Source: Solirubrobacteraceae bacterium (GTDB lineage Bacteria > Actinomycetota > Thermoleophilia > Solirubrobacterales > Solirubrobacteraceae). Taken from it: a stretch of DNA of 64,000 nt. A model generated the notes under the pieces. That model saw only the letters and a list, made by a program, of their open reading frames with translations, was not told where the DNA came from and made no database searches. Below, piece after piece: positions 56,017 through 64,000 of the stretch. Location: NCBI GenBank assembly GCA_035650455.1, contig DASRHQ010000070.1, positions 60 to 64,059 of the forward strand, given 5' to 3'. The position numbers and the translations under genes are program-made. The stretch's first letter is position 1, and each line of letters starts with the position of its first letter.

Positions 56017-56088
56017 GGCCGCCGCACATGTGCGGCGGCCCGGCCGCGCACATGTGCCCGGCCGCCGGCCGGCGCATGCGCCGGCCGG
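56017..56088. repeat. Second array of three tandem 24-bp palindromes (core GCRCATGYGC)
   Basis: GGCCGCCGCACATGTGCGGCGGCC (56017-40), CGGCCGCGCACATGTGCCCGGCCG (56041-64, 1 mismatch), CCGGCCGGCGCATGCGCCGGCCGG (56065-88). Confidence 0.9.
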
Positions 56089-56089
56089 G

Positions 56090-56737
56090 TTAGATTGGGG
56101 GCATGAGCGGGCTTTCGATCCCAGATGCCATGCCCCGAACGGCCGCGAGTCGCTCGAGCATCACAGCCGTGTCGGCGATCTTGACACCGGTGAGGTGACT
56201 TTCTCGCTGCTCGAAGTCGCGGACCACGTCGCCGATCGCGGCGGTGTACGCACGTCCGTCGCGGAGAGCCAGCGCGGTCAGCGCCCGGGCGGTGCGCTCG
56301 AAGGCGTCCCCACCCCGGGCCATCTCCTGGCTCCACCTGCGCGCGTCGGGGTCGTCGCCCGCTACCAGCGCGGAGAGCGCGCGCGCATACGAGGCAGTCG
56401 GCGAGCCGGCGACCGCCTCCTCGTCGTCGAGAGCATCGCGGGCAAACGCGGCCGCGTCAGTCGCGTCGCCGGCGAGAATCGAGGACTTGAGCATGCCGAC
56501 GAGGCGCCCATAGCTGCGCGGCGGCGATGTCTCCCAGGAGGCGCGGTACAGATCTGCGGCCGAGTGGAACGCGGCGAGCGCGCCGTCGCGGTCGCCCGCC
56601 AAGAGGGCCCCCTGAGCTTCGGCATCGCGCTCGATCGCGGCCCTCATCAGGTCGCGGTGAGGGGGTGCGGGCACGGACGTCAGAGTACGCGCCGCGACTG
56701 TCGACATCCAGACCGCCGAAGGAGTACGGTGAGCCAC
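56090..56737 (-). CDS. Hypothetical all-helical protein divergent from coxS
   Basis: Ala-rich helical [22 protein letters not shown]; start may be ATG ~56648. Confidence 0.65.
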   Translation of the reverse strand: MAHRTPSAVWMSTVAARTLTSVPAPPHRDLMRAAIERDAEAQGALLAGDRDGALAAFHSAADLYRASWETSPPRSYGRLVGMLKSSILAGDATDAAAFARDALDDEEAVAGSPTASYARALSALVAGDDPDARRWSQEMARGGDAFERTARALTALALRDGRAYTAAIGDVVRDFEQRESHLTGVKIADTAVMLERLAAVRGMASGIESPLMPPI

Positions 56738-56761
56738 GGTCCAGGAACATCAGGAGGAGAG

Positions 56762-57277
56762 ATGAGCACCACTGTCTCTGTGCGCTTCAGCGTGAACGGC
56801 GTCGATCATGAGTTTGCGGTGGAGCCCCGCCTGCTGCTGGTTCACGCGCTGCGCGATCACCTGGGCCTGACGGGCACCCATGTGGGTTGTGATACCTCCA
56901 ACTGCGGCGCGTGCACCGTTCACCTGGACGGCCGCGCGGTCAAATCGTGCACCGTCCTCGCCGTCCAGGCCGATCGTGCGGAGGTGACCACGATCGAGGG
57001 ATTGGCCCGCGACGGCGACCTGCACCCGTTGCAGGAGGCATTCTGGAACGACCACGCGCTCCAGTGCGGCTACTGCACACCGGGCATGATCATGGCGGCC
57101 GCCGCCCTGCTGCAGGAGAACCCCAACCCCTCAGAAGAAGAGGTCCGTCACACGCTCGAGGGAAACCTCTGCCGCTGCACCGGCTACCACAACATCGTAC
57201 GGGCGGTGCTCGACGCCGCCAAGTCGAAGGGAGCAACCATCGAAGAGGGGACCGAAGCGCAGAAGGTGACGACATGA
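56762..57277 (+). CDS. coxS: (2Fe-2S) small subunit of Mo-hydroxylase
   Basis: [29 protein letters not shown]; AGGAGGAG RBS. Confidence 0.93.
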   Translation: MSTTVSVRFSVNGVDHEFAVEPRLLLVHALRDHLGLTGTHVGCDTSNCGACTVHLDGRAVKSCTVLAVQADRAEVTTIEGLARDGDLHPLQEAFWNDHALQCGYCTPGMIMAAAALLQENPNPSEEEVRHTLEGNLCRCTGYHNIVRAVLDAAKSKGATIEEGTEAQKVTT

Positions 57278-59661
57278 GCGCCGGCAACGGAGCGCACGGG
57301 AACGGCGGCCACGTCGGTCGCGCGATGCGGCGCAAAGAGGACCCGCGCATGATCACCGGGACCGGCCGGTACATCGACGACATCTCGGTCCCCGGAATGC
57401 TGTACGCGACGATCGTTCGCTCACCGGAGGCCCACGCAGCCATCACCTCGATCGACGCCTCGGCCGCCGCGGCGCATCCCGATGTGGTGGCCGTGTTCAC
57501 CGGCGAGGACCTTGCGCCGGACTTCAAGAGCGGAATGGCGATGGTGTGGGCCCCACCCGGCGTCGAGATGAGGACCCCTGACAACTGGCCGCTCAAGCGC
57601 GGCGAAGTCAAGCACGTCGGCGACCCGGTGGCCGTGGTGGTAGGGCGCGATCGCTACTCCGTGGTCGACGCCGCCGAGCAGGTGGTGGTGGAGTACGAGC
57701 TCAGGCCGGTTGTCACCGACCCCGAGCGTGCACTCCAAGAAGACTCTCCGCTCGTCTGGGAGCAGTTCGGCACCAATAGGACGCACGAATGGAAGATCTC
57801 AGGGGGCGACGTCGATGCCGCGCTGGCCGATGCAGAAGTAGCCGTCGAGCAGCGGTTCGTCAACCACCGCACCGCCGGCGCCGCGATCGAAATGCGAGGG
57901 GCGCTGGCCGATCCACACGGCGACAGCGTCACGCTGTACTCCTCCACGCAGGTTCCCCACATCGCCCGCTTCGTCCTCTCCGGGATCCTCGGAATTCCCG
58001 AGGACAAGCTGCGGGTGATCGCTCCCGATGTCGGTGGCGGTTTCGGCTCGAAGCTCCAGGTGTACCCCGAGGAGGCGCTCGTAGTGGCGCTCGCGAGGCG
58101 CCTGAACCGGCCGGTCAAGTGGATCGAGACCCGCTCGGAGAACATGACAAATGCCCACCACGGGCGCGACCAGGTCAACTACGTCACGCTGGCTGCCAAG
58201 CGCGATGGCACAGTCACCGGCCTCCGAGTCAGGATCATCGCCGACCTCGGCGCCTATCAGCTGCTGCTGACGCCGTTCATTCCCGAGCTGGGCTTCCCGG
58301 TCATGGGAGGCTGTTACAAGTTCCCCGCGATCGACCTGACGTTCGAGGGCGTATTCACGAACAAGATGTGCACCGACGCGATCAGGGGGGCCGGCCGGCC
58401 CGAGGGGACGTATTGGATCGAGTTGACGATGGACAAGCTCGCGGCGGAGCTCGGCATGGACCCGCTCGAGTTGCGGCGCAAGAACTTCATCCCCGCCGAG
58501 GAGTTTCCCTACACGACCGCGCTCGGGATCGTTTACGACTCCGGCAACTACCATGGAACGCTGGACCGGCTGCTAGAGCGCTTCGACCTGGACGAATTCA
58601 GGCGCGAGCAGCGCGAGCTCCGCGAGCGCGGCATCTACCGCGGAGTGGGCTTCTCGACCTACGTCGAGGTGTGTGGGCTGGCGCCGTCGCGTGCCGTGGG
58701 CCCGCAGGGCGTGGGGCTCCAGGCGGCCTACTGGGAGTCGGCGATGGTCAGAGTGCATCCGTCTGGTTCGGCCACGGTCTTCAGCGGCGCTTCACCTCAC
58801 GGTCAGGGCCATGACACCACCTTCGCCCAGATCGCTGCCGATCGCCTGGGCATCGACCCCGACCGAATCGAGGTCATCCATGGCGACACCGATCAGGGAC
58901 CGTGGGGTTGGGGCACGTACGGTTCACGAACCCTCGCGGTCGGTGGAGAAGCCGTCGCGCGGGCGGCTGCAAGGGTTCAGGACAAGGCCAAGCAGATCTG
59001 CGCCGCCCTGCTCGAGGCCGACCCGCAGGACATCGAGCTGTCCGATGGGAAGTTCCGCGTGCGCGGCTCGCCGGACAAGTTCAAGACCATGGCCGAGATC
59101 GCGGGCGCCGCTCACATTCCGCCGCAGGAGCTGCCGACCGACATCGAGCCGGGACTCGAGGCGACGGCGACCTTCGACCCTGAGAACTTCGTGTATCCGT
59201 TCGGCGCCCACGCCTGCGTGGTCGATGTCGACGCCGAGACCGGCAAGGTCCGGGTGGTGCGCTACGTGGCGGTCGACGACTGCGGACCCGCGATCAACCC
59301 AACGCTGATCGACGGACAGATCCATGGCGGTGTGGCGCACGCAATCGGGCAGGCGCTCTATGAGCAGATCCATTACGACGAGGCGGGCCAGCTCGTGACC
59401 GGGACGTTCGTCGACTACGCCTTGCCAACGGCGGCGGAGCTGCCGAGCTTCGAGACCGACCGGACCGAGACCCCCTCGCCCGTGAACTCGCTCGGGGTCA
59501 AGGGTGTCGGCGAGGCGGGGACGATCGGGGCGACGCCGGCCATCACCGCCGCGGTCATCGACGCGCTCGATCCGTTCGGGGTCAAATCGCTGGACATGCC
59601 GCTCACGCCCGTACGCGTGTGGCAAGCGATCGAGGAAGCGAAGGGGGGTGTGGCCGCGTGA
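57274..59661 (+). CDS. coxL: Molybdopterin large subunit, form II CoxL-like / xanthine dehydrogenase family
   Basis: [25 protein letters not shown] active-site loop, HGQGHDT, GTYGSR, GQIHGG, GVKGVGE. Confidence 0.85.
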   Translation: MSAGNGAHGNGGHVGRAMRRKEDPRMITGTGRYIDDISVPGMLYATIVRSPEAHAAITSIDASAAAAHPDVVAVFTGEDLAPDFKSGMAMVWAPPGVEMRTPDNWPLKRGEVKHVGDPVAVVVGRDRYSVVDAAEQVVVEYELRPVVTDPERALQEDSPLVWEQFGTNRTHEWKISGGDVDAALADAEVAVEQRFVNHRTAGAAIEMRGALADPHGDSVTLYSSTQVPHIARFVLSGILGIPEDKLRVIAPDVGGGFGSKLQVYPEEALVVALARRLNRPVKWIETRSENMTNAHHGRDQVNYVTLAAKRDGTVTGLRVRIIADLGAYQLLLTPFIPELGFPVMGGCYKFPAIDLTFEGVFTNKMCTDAIRGAGRPEGTYWIELTMDKLAAELGMDPLELRRKNFIPAEEFPYTTALGIVYDSGNYHGTLDRLLERFDLDEFRREQRELRERGIYRGVGFSTYVEVCGLAPSRAVGPQGVGLQAAYWESAMVRVHPSGSATVFSGASPHGQGHDTTFAQIAADRLGIDPDRIEVIHGDTDQGPWGWGTYGSRTLAVGGEAVARAAARVQDKAKQICAALLEADPQDIELSDGKFRVRGSPDKFKTMAEIAGAAHIPPQELPTDIEPGLEATATFDPENFVYPFGAHACVVDVDAETGKVRVVRYVAVDDCGPAINPTLIDGQIHGGVAHAIGQALYEQIHYDEAGQLVTGTFVDYALPTAAELPSFETDRTETPSPVNSLGVKGVGEAGTIGATPAITAAVIDALDPFGVKSLDMPLTPVRVWQAIEEAKGGVAA

Positions 59662-60503
59662 TTCCGACGCAGTTCGACTATGTCGCCCCCGACACGCTCG
59701 ATGAAGCGGTCCGGGTGCTGTCGGACGGTGGCGAAGAGGCCAAGCTGCTCGCCGGGGGCCACTCGCTGCTGCCGCTCATGAAGTTGCGTCTAGCGGCCCC
59801 CTCGCTGCTCGTCGACCTGCGCAGAGTCCCCGGATTGCGCGGCATCCGGCGCGAGGACGGCCAGTGGCGTGTGGGGGCGATGACTCCGCACCGCGAGCTC
59901 GAACTGAAGCCCGAGCTCGGCATCGTCTCCTGCGCCGCGGGCACTATCGCCGACCCTCAGGTGCGCAACCGCGGCACGGTGGGCGGCTCACTGGCTCACG
60001 GCGACCCCGCCTCTGATCTGCCGGCAATACTGCTCGCGACGGAGGGAAGCGTCAGCGTTCAGGGTCCGGCGGGGCAGCGCATAGTGCAGGGCGCCGACCT
60101 CTTTGACGGCTACCTGGAGACAGCGCTGGGGCCCGCTGAGGTTTTGACCGAAGTGCGCTTCCCGGCGCTCGACGGCTACGGCTTCGGTTATCAGAAGTTC
60201 AACCGCCGGAGCGAGGATTGGGCGATGGTGGCGGTGTCCGCGGTCGTCAAGCAGACCGACGGCACATGCACGGACGTTCGCGTCGGCCTCACGCACATGG
60301 GCGTGGTGCCTCTTCGCGCTCGCGCGGTCGAGGAGGCATTGCGAGGCCAGTCGCTGAGCAGGGAGTCGATCGTGCGTGCCGCCGAGCAGGCGGCCGACGG
60401 GACCGAGCCGCCGGCCGATCTGAACGCGTCAGCCGACTACAAGCGCCATCTCGCCCGGGTGCTGTGCCGGCGCGCGTTGGAGGAGGCGGCGAGGCTCGCG
60501 TGA
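59658..60503 (+). CDS. coxM: FAD-binding medium subunit
   Basis: LAGGHSLLPLMKLR, VRNRGTVGGSLAHGDPASD, DLNASADYKR. Confidence 0.92.
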   Translation: MIPTQFDYVAPDTLDEAVRVLSDGGEEAKLLAGGHSLLPLMKLRLAAPSLLVDLRRVPGLRGIRREDGQWRVGAMTPHRELELKPELGIVSCAAGTIADPQVRNRGTVGGSLAHGDPASDLPAILLATEGSVSVQGPAGQRIVQGADLFDGYLETALGPAEVLTEVRFPALDGYGFGYQKFNRRSEDWAMVAVSAVVKQTDGTCTDVRVGLTHMGVVPLRARAVEEALRGQSLSRESIVRAAEQAADGTEPPADLNASADYKRHLARVLCRRALEEAARLA

Positions 60504-60537
60504 GACTTCAGCAGCCATACCGGGTCCAGAGCGCGGC

Positions 60538-61395
60538 GTGAGTCCACAGGCCATCGCGTCTGCGGATGCCGCGCGGGCCGCGCTGGCCTCTCAGGGTTAC
60601 CTGGCCGACCGGCCACTGGCGCTCGCGGTCTACCTAGCTGAGGCGCTCGGGCAACCGCTGTTGCTCGAGGGGGAGGCGGGGGTCGGCAAGACGGAGGTCG
60701 CGCGCGCGTTGGCGGCGGCGACCGAAGCTCGCTTGATCCGCTTGCAGTGCCACGAGGGCATCGACGTTCACCACGCTCTCTATGACTGGGACTACTCGCG
60801 CCAGCTGCTGGCGCTGCGCGCGGCTGAAGGCGGTCTCGACGAGGGAGAGCTGTTTTCGCGTCGGTTTCTGCTGCGCAGGCCGTTGCTCGAGGCGCTCGAG
60901 GCCGGGCCGGACGCACCGGTGGTCGTGCTGATAGACGAGATCGACCGCGCCGACGACGAGTTCGAGGCGTTCCTGCTGGAACTGCTCTCGGACTTTCAGG
61001 TGACCATTCCCGAGCTTGGCACGATCGCCGCAGCCCGCCCTCCGCTGGTGTTTTTGACCTCCAACCGCACGCGCGAGCTGCATGATGCGCTCAAGCGGCG
61101 CTGTCTGTACCACTGGATCGAATACCCCAGCGCCGAGCGCGAGCGCGAGATCGTCCGCGTTCGGGTGCCGGGCGTTCCCGAGCAGATCGCCGCGCGCGTT
61201 GTCGAGGCCGTCGGCAGGTTGCGCGATCAGCGCGACCTGTACAAGATGCCGGGGGTGGGCGAGACGATCGTGTGGGCGCGTGCGCTGCTCGCCCTGGACT
61301 CCTCGGCACCGCTCGATGAAACGCTTGGCGCCGTTCTCAAGGTCCACGAGGACCTGGTCCGGGTACGCGAGCGAGGGGTGCTGGAGGGTGTCTGA
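60538..61395 (+). CDS. coxD: MoxR-type AAA+ ATPase
   Basis: LLEGEAGVGKTE, RLQCHEG, LIDEIDRAD, TSNRTRELHDALKRRC. Confidence 0.92.
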   Translation: MSPQAIASADAARAALASQGYLADRPLALAVYLAEALGQPLLLEGEAGVGKTEVARALAAATEARLIRLQCHEGIDVHHALYDWDYSRQLLALRAAEGGLDEGELFSRRFLLRRPLLEALEAGPDAPVVVLIDEIDRADDEFEAFLLELLSDFQVTIPELGTIAAARPPLVFLTSNRTRELHDALKRRCLYHWIEYPSAEREREIVRVRVPGVPEQIAARVVEAVGRLRDQRDLYKMPGVGETIVWARALLALDSSAPLDETLGAVLKVHEDLVRVRERGVLEGV

Positions 61396-62521
61396 GACCG
61401 CTACGCCCGCCGGCGAGGCGGTCGTCTGCGCGCTCGGCGAGCTGGTCAGGGCGTTTCGCGATCTTGGGGGTCGGGCCGGAGTGGGAGAGCTGCTGGCGTC
61501 GGTACGCGCGCTTGCGGCGGTCGACTGCGCCTCGCGCGAGGACGCTCGCCTTGCGCTGCGGGCCGTCCTGTGTTCGACGCGGAGCGATATCGAGCGCTTC
61601 GAAGTGGCCTTCAGCGCCGTCTTTGGGGATGGCCTGGTCCCGTCGGAGGACCCGATGCAGGAGCTCGGCGGGATCGAGCGCGCTGCGCTTCCCCGCGTGG
61701 CGGTCCCGGGGTCAGGTCAAACGGACGTTCCGCGGGAGGGGGAGGTCGTGCCGGCAGCCTGGAGCGAGGTGGAGCTTCTCCGGCAAAAAGACTTCGCGCA
61801 CTACAGCGAGAACGAGGTGGCGCTCGCCCGCGAGTTGATCGCGCGGCTGGCTCGCCGCGGCCCCATGCGGGTGTCGCGCCGCACCCGAGTGGCGCGCCGG
61901 CGCAGCCACGCGCCTGACCTGCGGCGCATCCTTCGTGCGTCGTTGCGCACCGGTGGTGAGCCGCTTGAGCGCACCTGGCGAGCGCCGTCCCTGCGGCCGC
62001 GACAGCTGGTTCTGGTCTGCGACGTTTCGGGATCGATGGAGCCCTACGCACGCATGCTGCTCCAGTACCTTCACGCCTGCGTTGTGGCGCGTAGGCGCGT
62101 CGAAGCGTTCGCCTTCGGCACGAGGCTTACGCGGATCACCCCCGAGCTGGCCGGCCGCGATCCCGACCGTGCGCTGGACCGCGCCAGCGCCGCGGTACTC
62201 GACATCGCAGGCGGGACTCGGATCGGCGCCGCCCTGGCGGAACTCAACCGCGCCCACGGGCGCCGGCTGGGCCGTGGCTCGCTGGTGGTGATTCTGTCCG
62301 ACGGGTGGGATCGCGGAGATCCCGAGCTGCTGGGGGCCGAGATGGCGCGGTTGCGCCGCACCGCGCACCGACTCGTGTGGCTGAATCCACTCGCCGCTCA
62401 GCCCTCGTACGAGCCGCTCACACGTGGGATGCTCGCTGCGATCCCGCATACCGATCGGCTTTTGCCCGGCAACTCTCTAGGCTCCCTGGAAGAGTTGGCC
62501 GGCATGCTGGAGGAGACGTGA
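61388..62521 (+). CDS. coxE: VWA-domain protein
   Basis: CDVSGSM MIDAS, FAFGTRLT, GGTRIG, LSDGWD, WLNP. Confidence 0.92.
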   Translation: MSETATPAGEAVVCALGELVRAFRDLGGRAGVGELLASVRALAAVDCASREDARLALRAVLCSTRSDIERFEVAFSAVFGDGLVPSEDPMQELGGIERAALPRVAVPGSGQTDVPREGEVVPAAWSEVELLRQKDFAHYSENEVALARELIARLARRGPMRVSRRTRVARRRSHAPDLRRILRASLRTGGEPLERTWRAPSLRPRQLVLVCDVSGSMEPYARMLLQYLHACVVARRRVEAFAFGTRLTRITPELAGRDPDRALDRASAAVLDIAGGTRIGAALAELNRAHGRRLGRGSLVVILSDGWDRGDPELLGAEMARLRRTAHRLVWLNPLAAQPSYEPLTRGMLAAIPHTDRLLPGNSLGSLEELAGMLEET

Positions 62522-63570
62522 AAGAGGTTTTGGGCGAGCTGACGCAGTGGTCGGACCGCGGGGAGCGGATCGCGCTGGCGACTGTGGTTGCCGCCAGGCG
62601 GTCGGCGCCGCGACCGCCCGGCGCCAAGCTGGCTGTCAATGAGAGTGGTGAGATCGCGGGCGGCGTCTCAGGCGGGTGCGTTGAGGGCGCGGTTGTCGAA
62701 ATCGCCCACCAGGTGATCGACGGCGCCCCGCCGGCGCTTCAGAGCTTCGGGATCGCGGACGCCGAGGCCTGGGAGGTGGGCCTGCCGTGCGGAGGCGAGA
62801 TCGACGTGTGGGTCCAGGCGTATGAGCCGGGCCGCTTCGGAGAAATAGCGGCGGCGGGCGGGCGCGCCACCGAGGTCACCTTGCTCGAAGGCTCCCGTCC
62901 CGGCGCGAAGCTGTTGGTCGAGGCCGACGGCGCGCGGTCGGGAACGCTCGGATCCCCCGAGCTCGACGACGAGGCGGCGCGGATCGCGACGGAGCTGCTG
63001 TGGAGCGAGGAGTGTCAGCGGCGCGGTGCTCTTTTCTTCGACGTCACTGCCCCGGCACCGAGGCTGATCGTGTTCGGCGCGGTGGACATCGCGGTCCCTC
63101 TGTGCGCGCTCGCGCGCACGTCGGGGTTGCGTCCCTATGTCGTCGACCCCCGGGCGCGGTTTGCGCGGCCCGACCGGTTCCCCGACGCCGAGCAGGTGAT
63201 CGCCGCCTGGCCGGAGGAGGCGTTCGCGGCTCTGGGCGGCATCGATCCGGCAACCTCGATCGCCGTTCTCACGCACGACCCAAAGCTCGATGACGCGGCG
63301 TTGAAAATCGCGCTGCGCTCTCCGGCGCGGTTCGTTGGTGCGATGGGATCCCGTCGCGCTCAGACGGCTAGGCGGGAACGGCTTCTGGCCGCCGGTTTGA
63401 CCGAGGAGGAGCTTGCGCGGCTGTCGGCGCCGCTCGGTCTCGATCTCGGCGGCGTGACCGCCGGGGAGACCGCGCTGTCGGTTTTGTCGGAGGTGATCGC
63501 CACGCGTCACGGCCACGAGGGCGGACGGCTGTCGCAGGCACGCGGCCGAATCCACGAGGTCGCCGCGTGA
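62518..63570 (+). CDS. xdhC: XdhC/CoxF molybdenum cofactor chaperone
   Basis: SAPRPPGA, GGVSGGCVE, VGLPCGG, THDPKLD, GAMGSR, LSAPLGLDLG. Confidence 0.93.
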   Translation: MKEVLGELTQWSDRGERIALATVVAARRSAPRPPGAKLAVNESGEIAGGVSGGCVEGAVVEIAHQVIDGAPPALQSFGIADAEAWEVGLPCGGEIDVWVQAYEPGRFGEIAAAGGRATEVTLLEGSRPGAKLLVEADGARSGTLGSPELDDEAARIATELLWSEECQRRGALFFDVTAPAPRLIVFGAVDIAVPLCALARTSGLRPYVVDPRARFARPDRFPDAEQVIAAWPEEAFAALGGIDPATSIAVLTHDPKLDDAALKIALRSPARFVGAMGSRRAQTARRERLLAAGLTEEELARLSAPLGLDLGGVTAGETALSVLSEVIATRHGHEGGRLSQARGRIHEVAA

Positions 63571-63613
63571 TCACTCTGCTCGCGGTCGGGCCGCTCCTTC
63601 CGGGTGACTCGCG

Positions 63614-64000
63614 GTGAACTTTGAGAACACCTTCACCGTCCCGGTCTCTGCGGGAGATGTCTGGGACGCGATGATGGACTTCGAGCGCGTTGCGCCCTGC
63701 ATGCCCGGGGCGGAGGTCACCGAGCGGACCGGCGAGGACGCGTTCAAGGTCCAGGTGCGAGTCAAACTCGGGCCGATGTCGATGACGTACAGGGGGCAGG
63801 CCGAGATCACAGATCGCGACGACGCAGCCCGGACTGCGGCGATGCGGGTGCAGGCACGCGAGACTCGCGGGCAAGGATCCGCCAACGCAACCGTGCAGAT
63901 GAAGGTGGGCGAGGAGGGGGCCGGGACCCGCGCGACCATGACCACCGAGCTCAAGCTGAGCGGTCGCGCGGCAGCGATGGGTCGAGGCGTGATCACCGAT
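63614..64000 (+). CDS. coxG: CoxG/SRPBCC-family protein, 3'-partial
   Basis: MNFENTFTVPVSAGDVWDAMMDFERVAPCMPGA...VRVKLGPMSMTYRG; runs off the window. Confidence 0.88.
   Translation, partial: MNFENTFTVPVSAGDVWDAMMDFERVAPCMPGAEVTERTGEDAFKVQVRVKLGPMSMTYRGQAEITDRDDAARTAAMRVQARETRGQGSANATVQMKVGEEGAGTRATMTTELKLSGRAAAMGRGVITD

Noticed and set aside
55844-56761. N-terminal 300 aa of the 477-aa ORF and other Arg-rich overlapping ORFs throughout
   Set aside because: Open-frame run-ons in ~70% GC DNA; coxS starts at ATG 56762 after a strong RBS.
57274-59661. Form I (atmospheric) CO dehydrogenase
   Set aside because: Lacks AYxCSFR; has AIRGAGR and S-L-M order.
63571-63996. 141-aa minus-strand ORF
   Set aside because: Antisense to the real coxG, which the track omits because it has no stop in the window.

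Overview
High-GC actinobacterial chromosome segment; Thermoleophilia/Solirubrobacterales is my inference from gene content, the retained prfB frameshift and the Firmicutes-like gene order. Bases 1-23.7 kb are mostly core genes: ahcY (5'-partial), ROK kinase, a DUF1326/DUF2182 pair, hpf-secA-(DUF559/AbiEi-type insert)-prfB with a +1 programmed frameshift, a PLP decarboxylase, nadC-nadA, dacB, M16 peptidase, ftsE-ftsX-S41 protease, rnr-smpB, a site-2 protease and tmRNA. From about 23.8 to 56 kb is an accessory mosaic: a Gly-rich secreted protein, several decayed gene fragments, MocR/MFS, GST, sulfite oxidase, a LigW-like decarboxylase, carbonic anhydrase, MMPL with a MalT-type LuxR regulator, a flavin amine oxidase, TetR/PadR/CGNR regulators, acyl-CoA synthetases, a YWTD-like beta-propeller and an ABC exporter. 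The window ends in a form II-type coxS-L-M-D-E-xdhC-coxG molybdoenzyme operon. The features least explained by known annotation are two dispersed arrays of three head-to-tail ~24-bp palindromes sharing a covarying GCRCATGYGC core (22086-22155, 56017-56088) and two GTGA-coupled mini-ORFs bridging gaps in the cox operon. No CRISPR array, tRNA, rRNA, integrase or transposase was seen. All family calls come from motif recognition by eye, not database searches.
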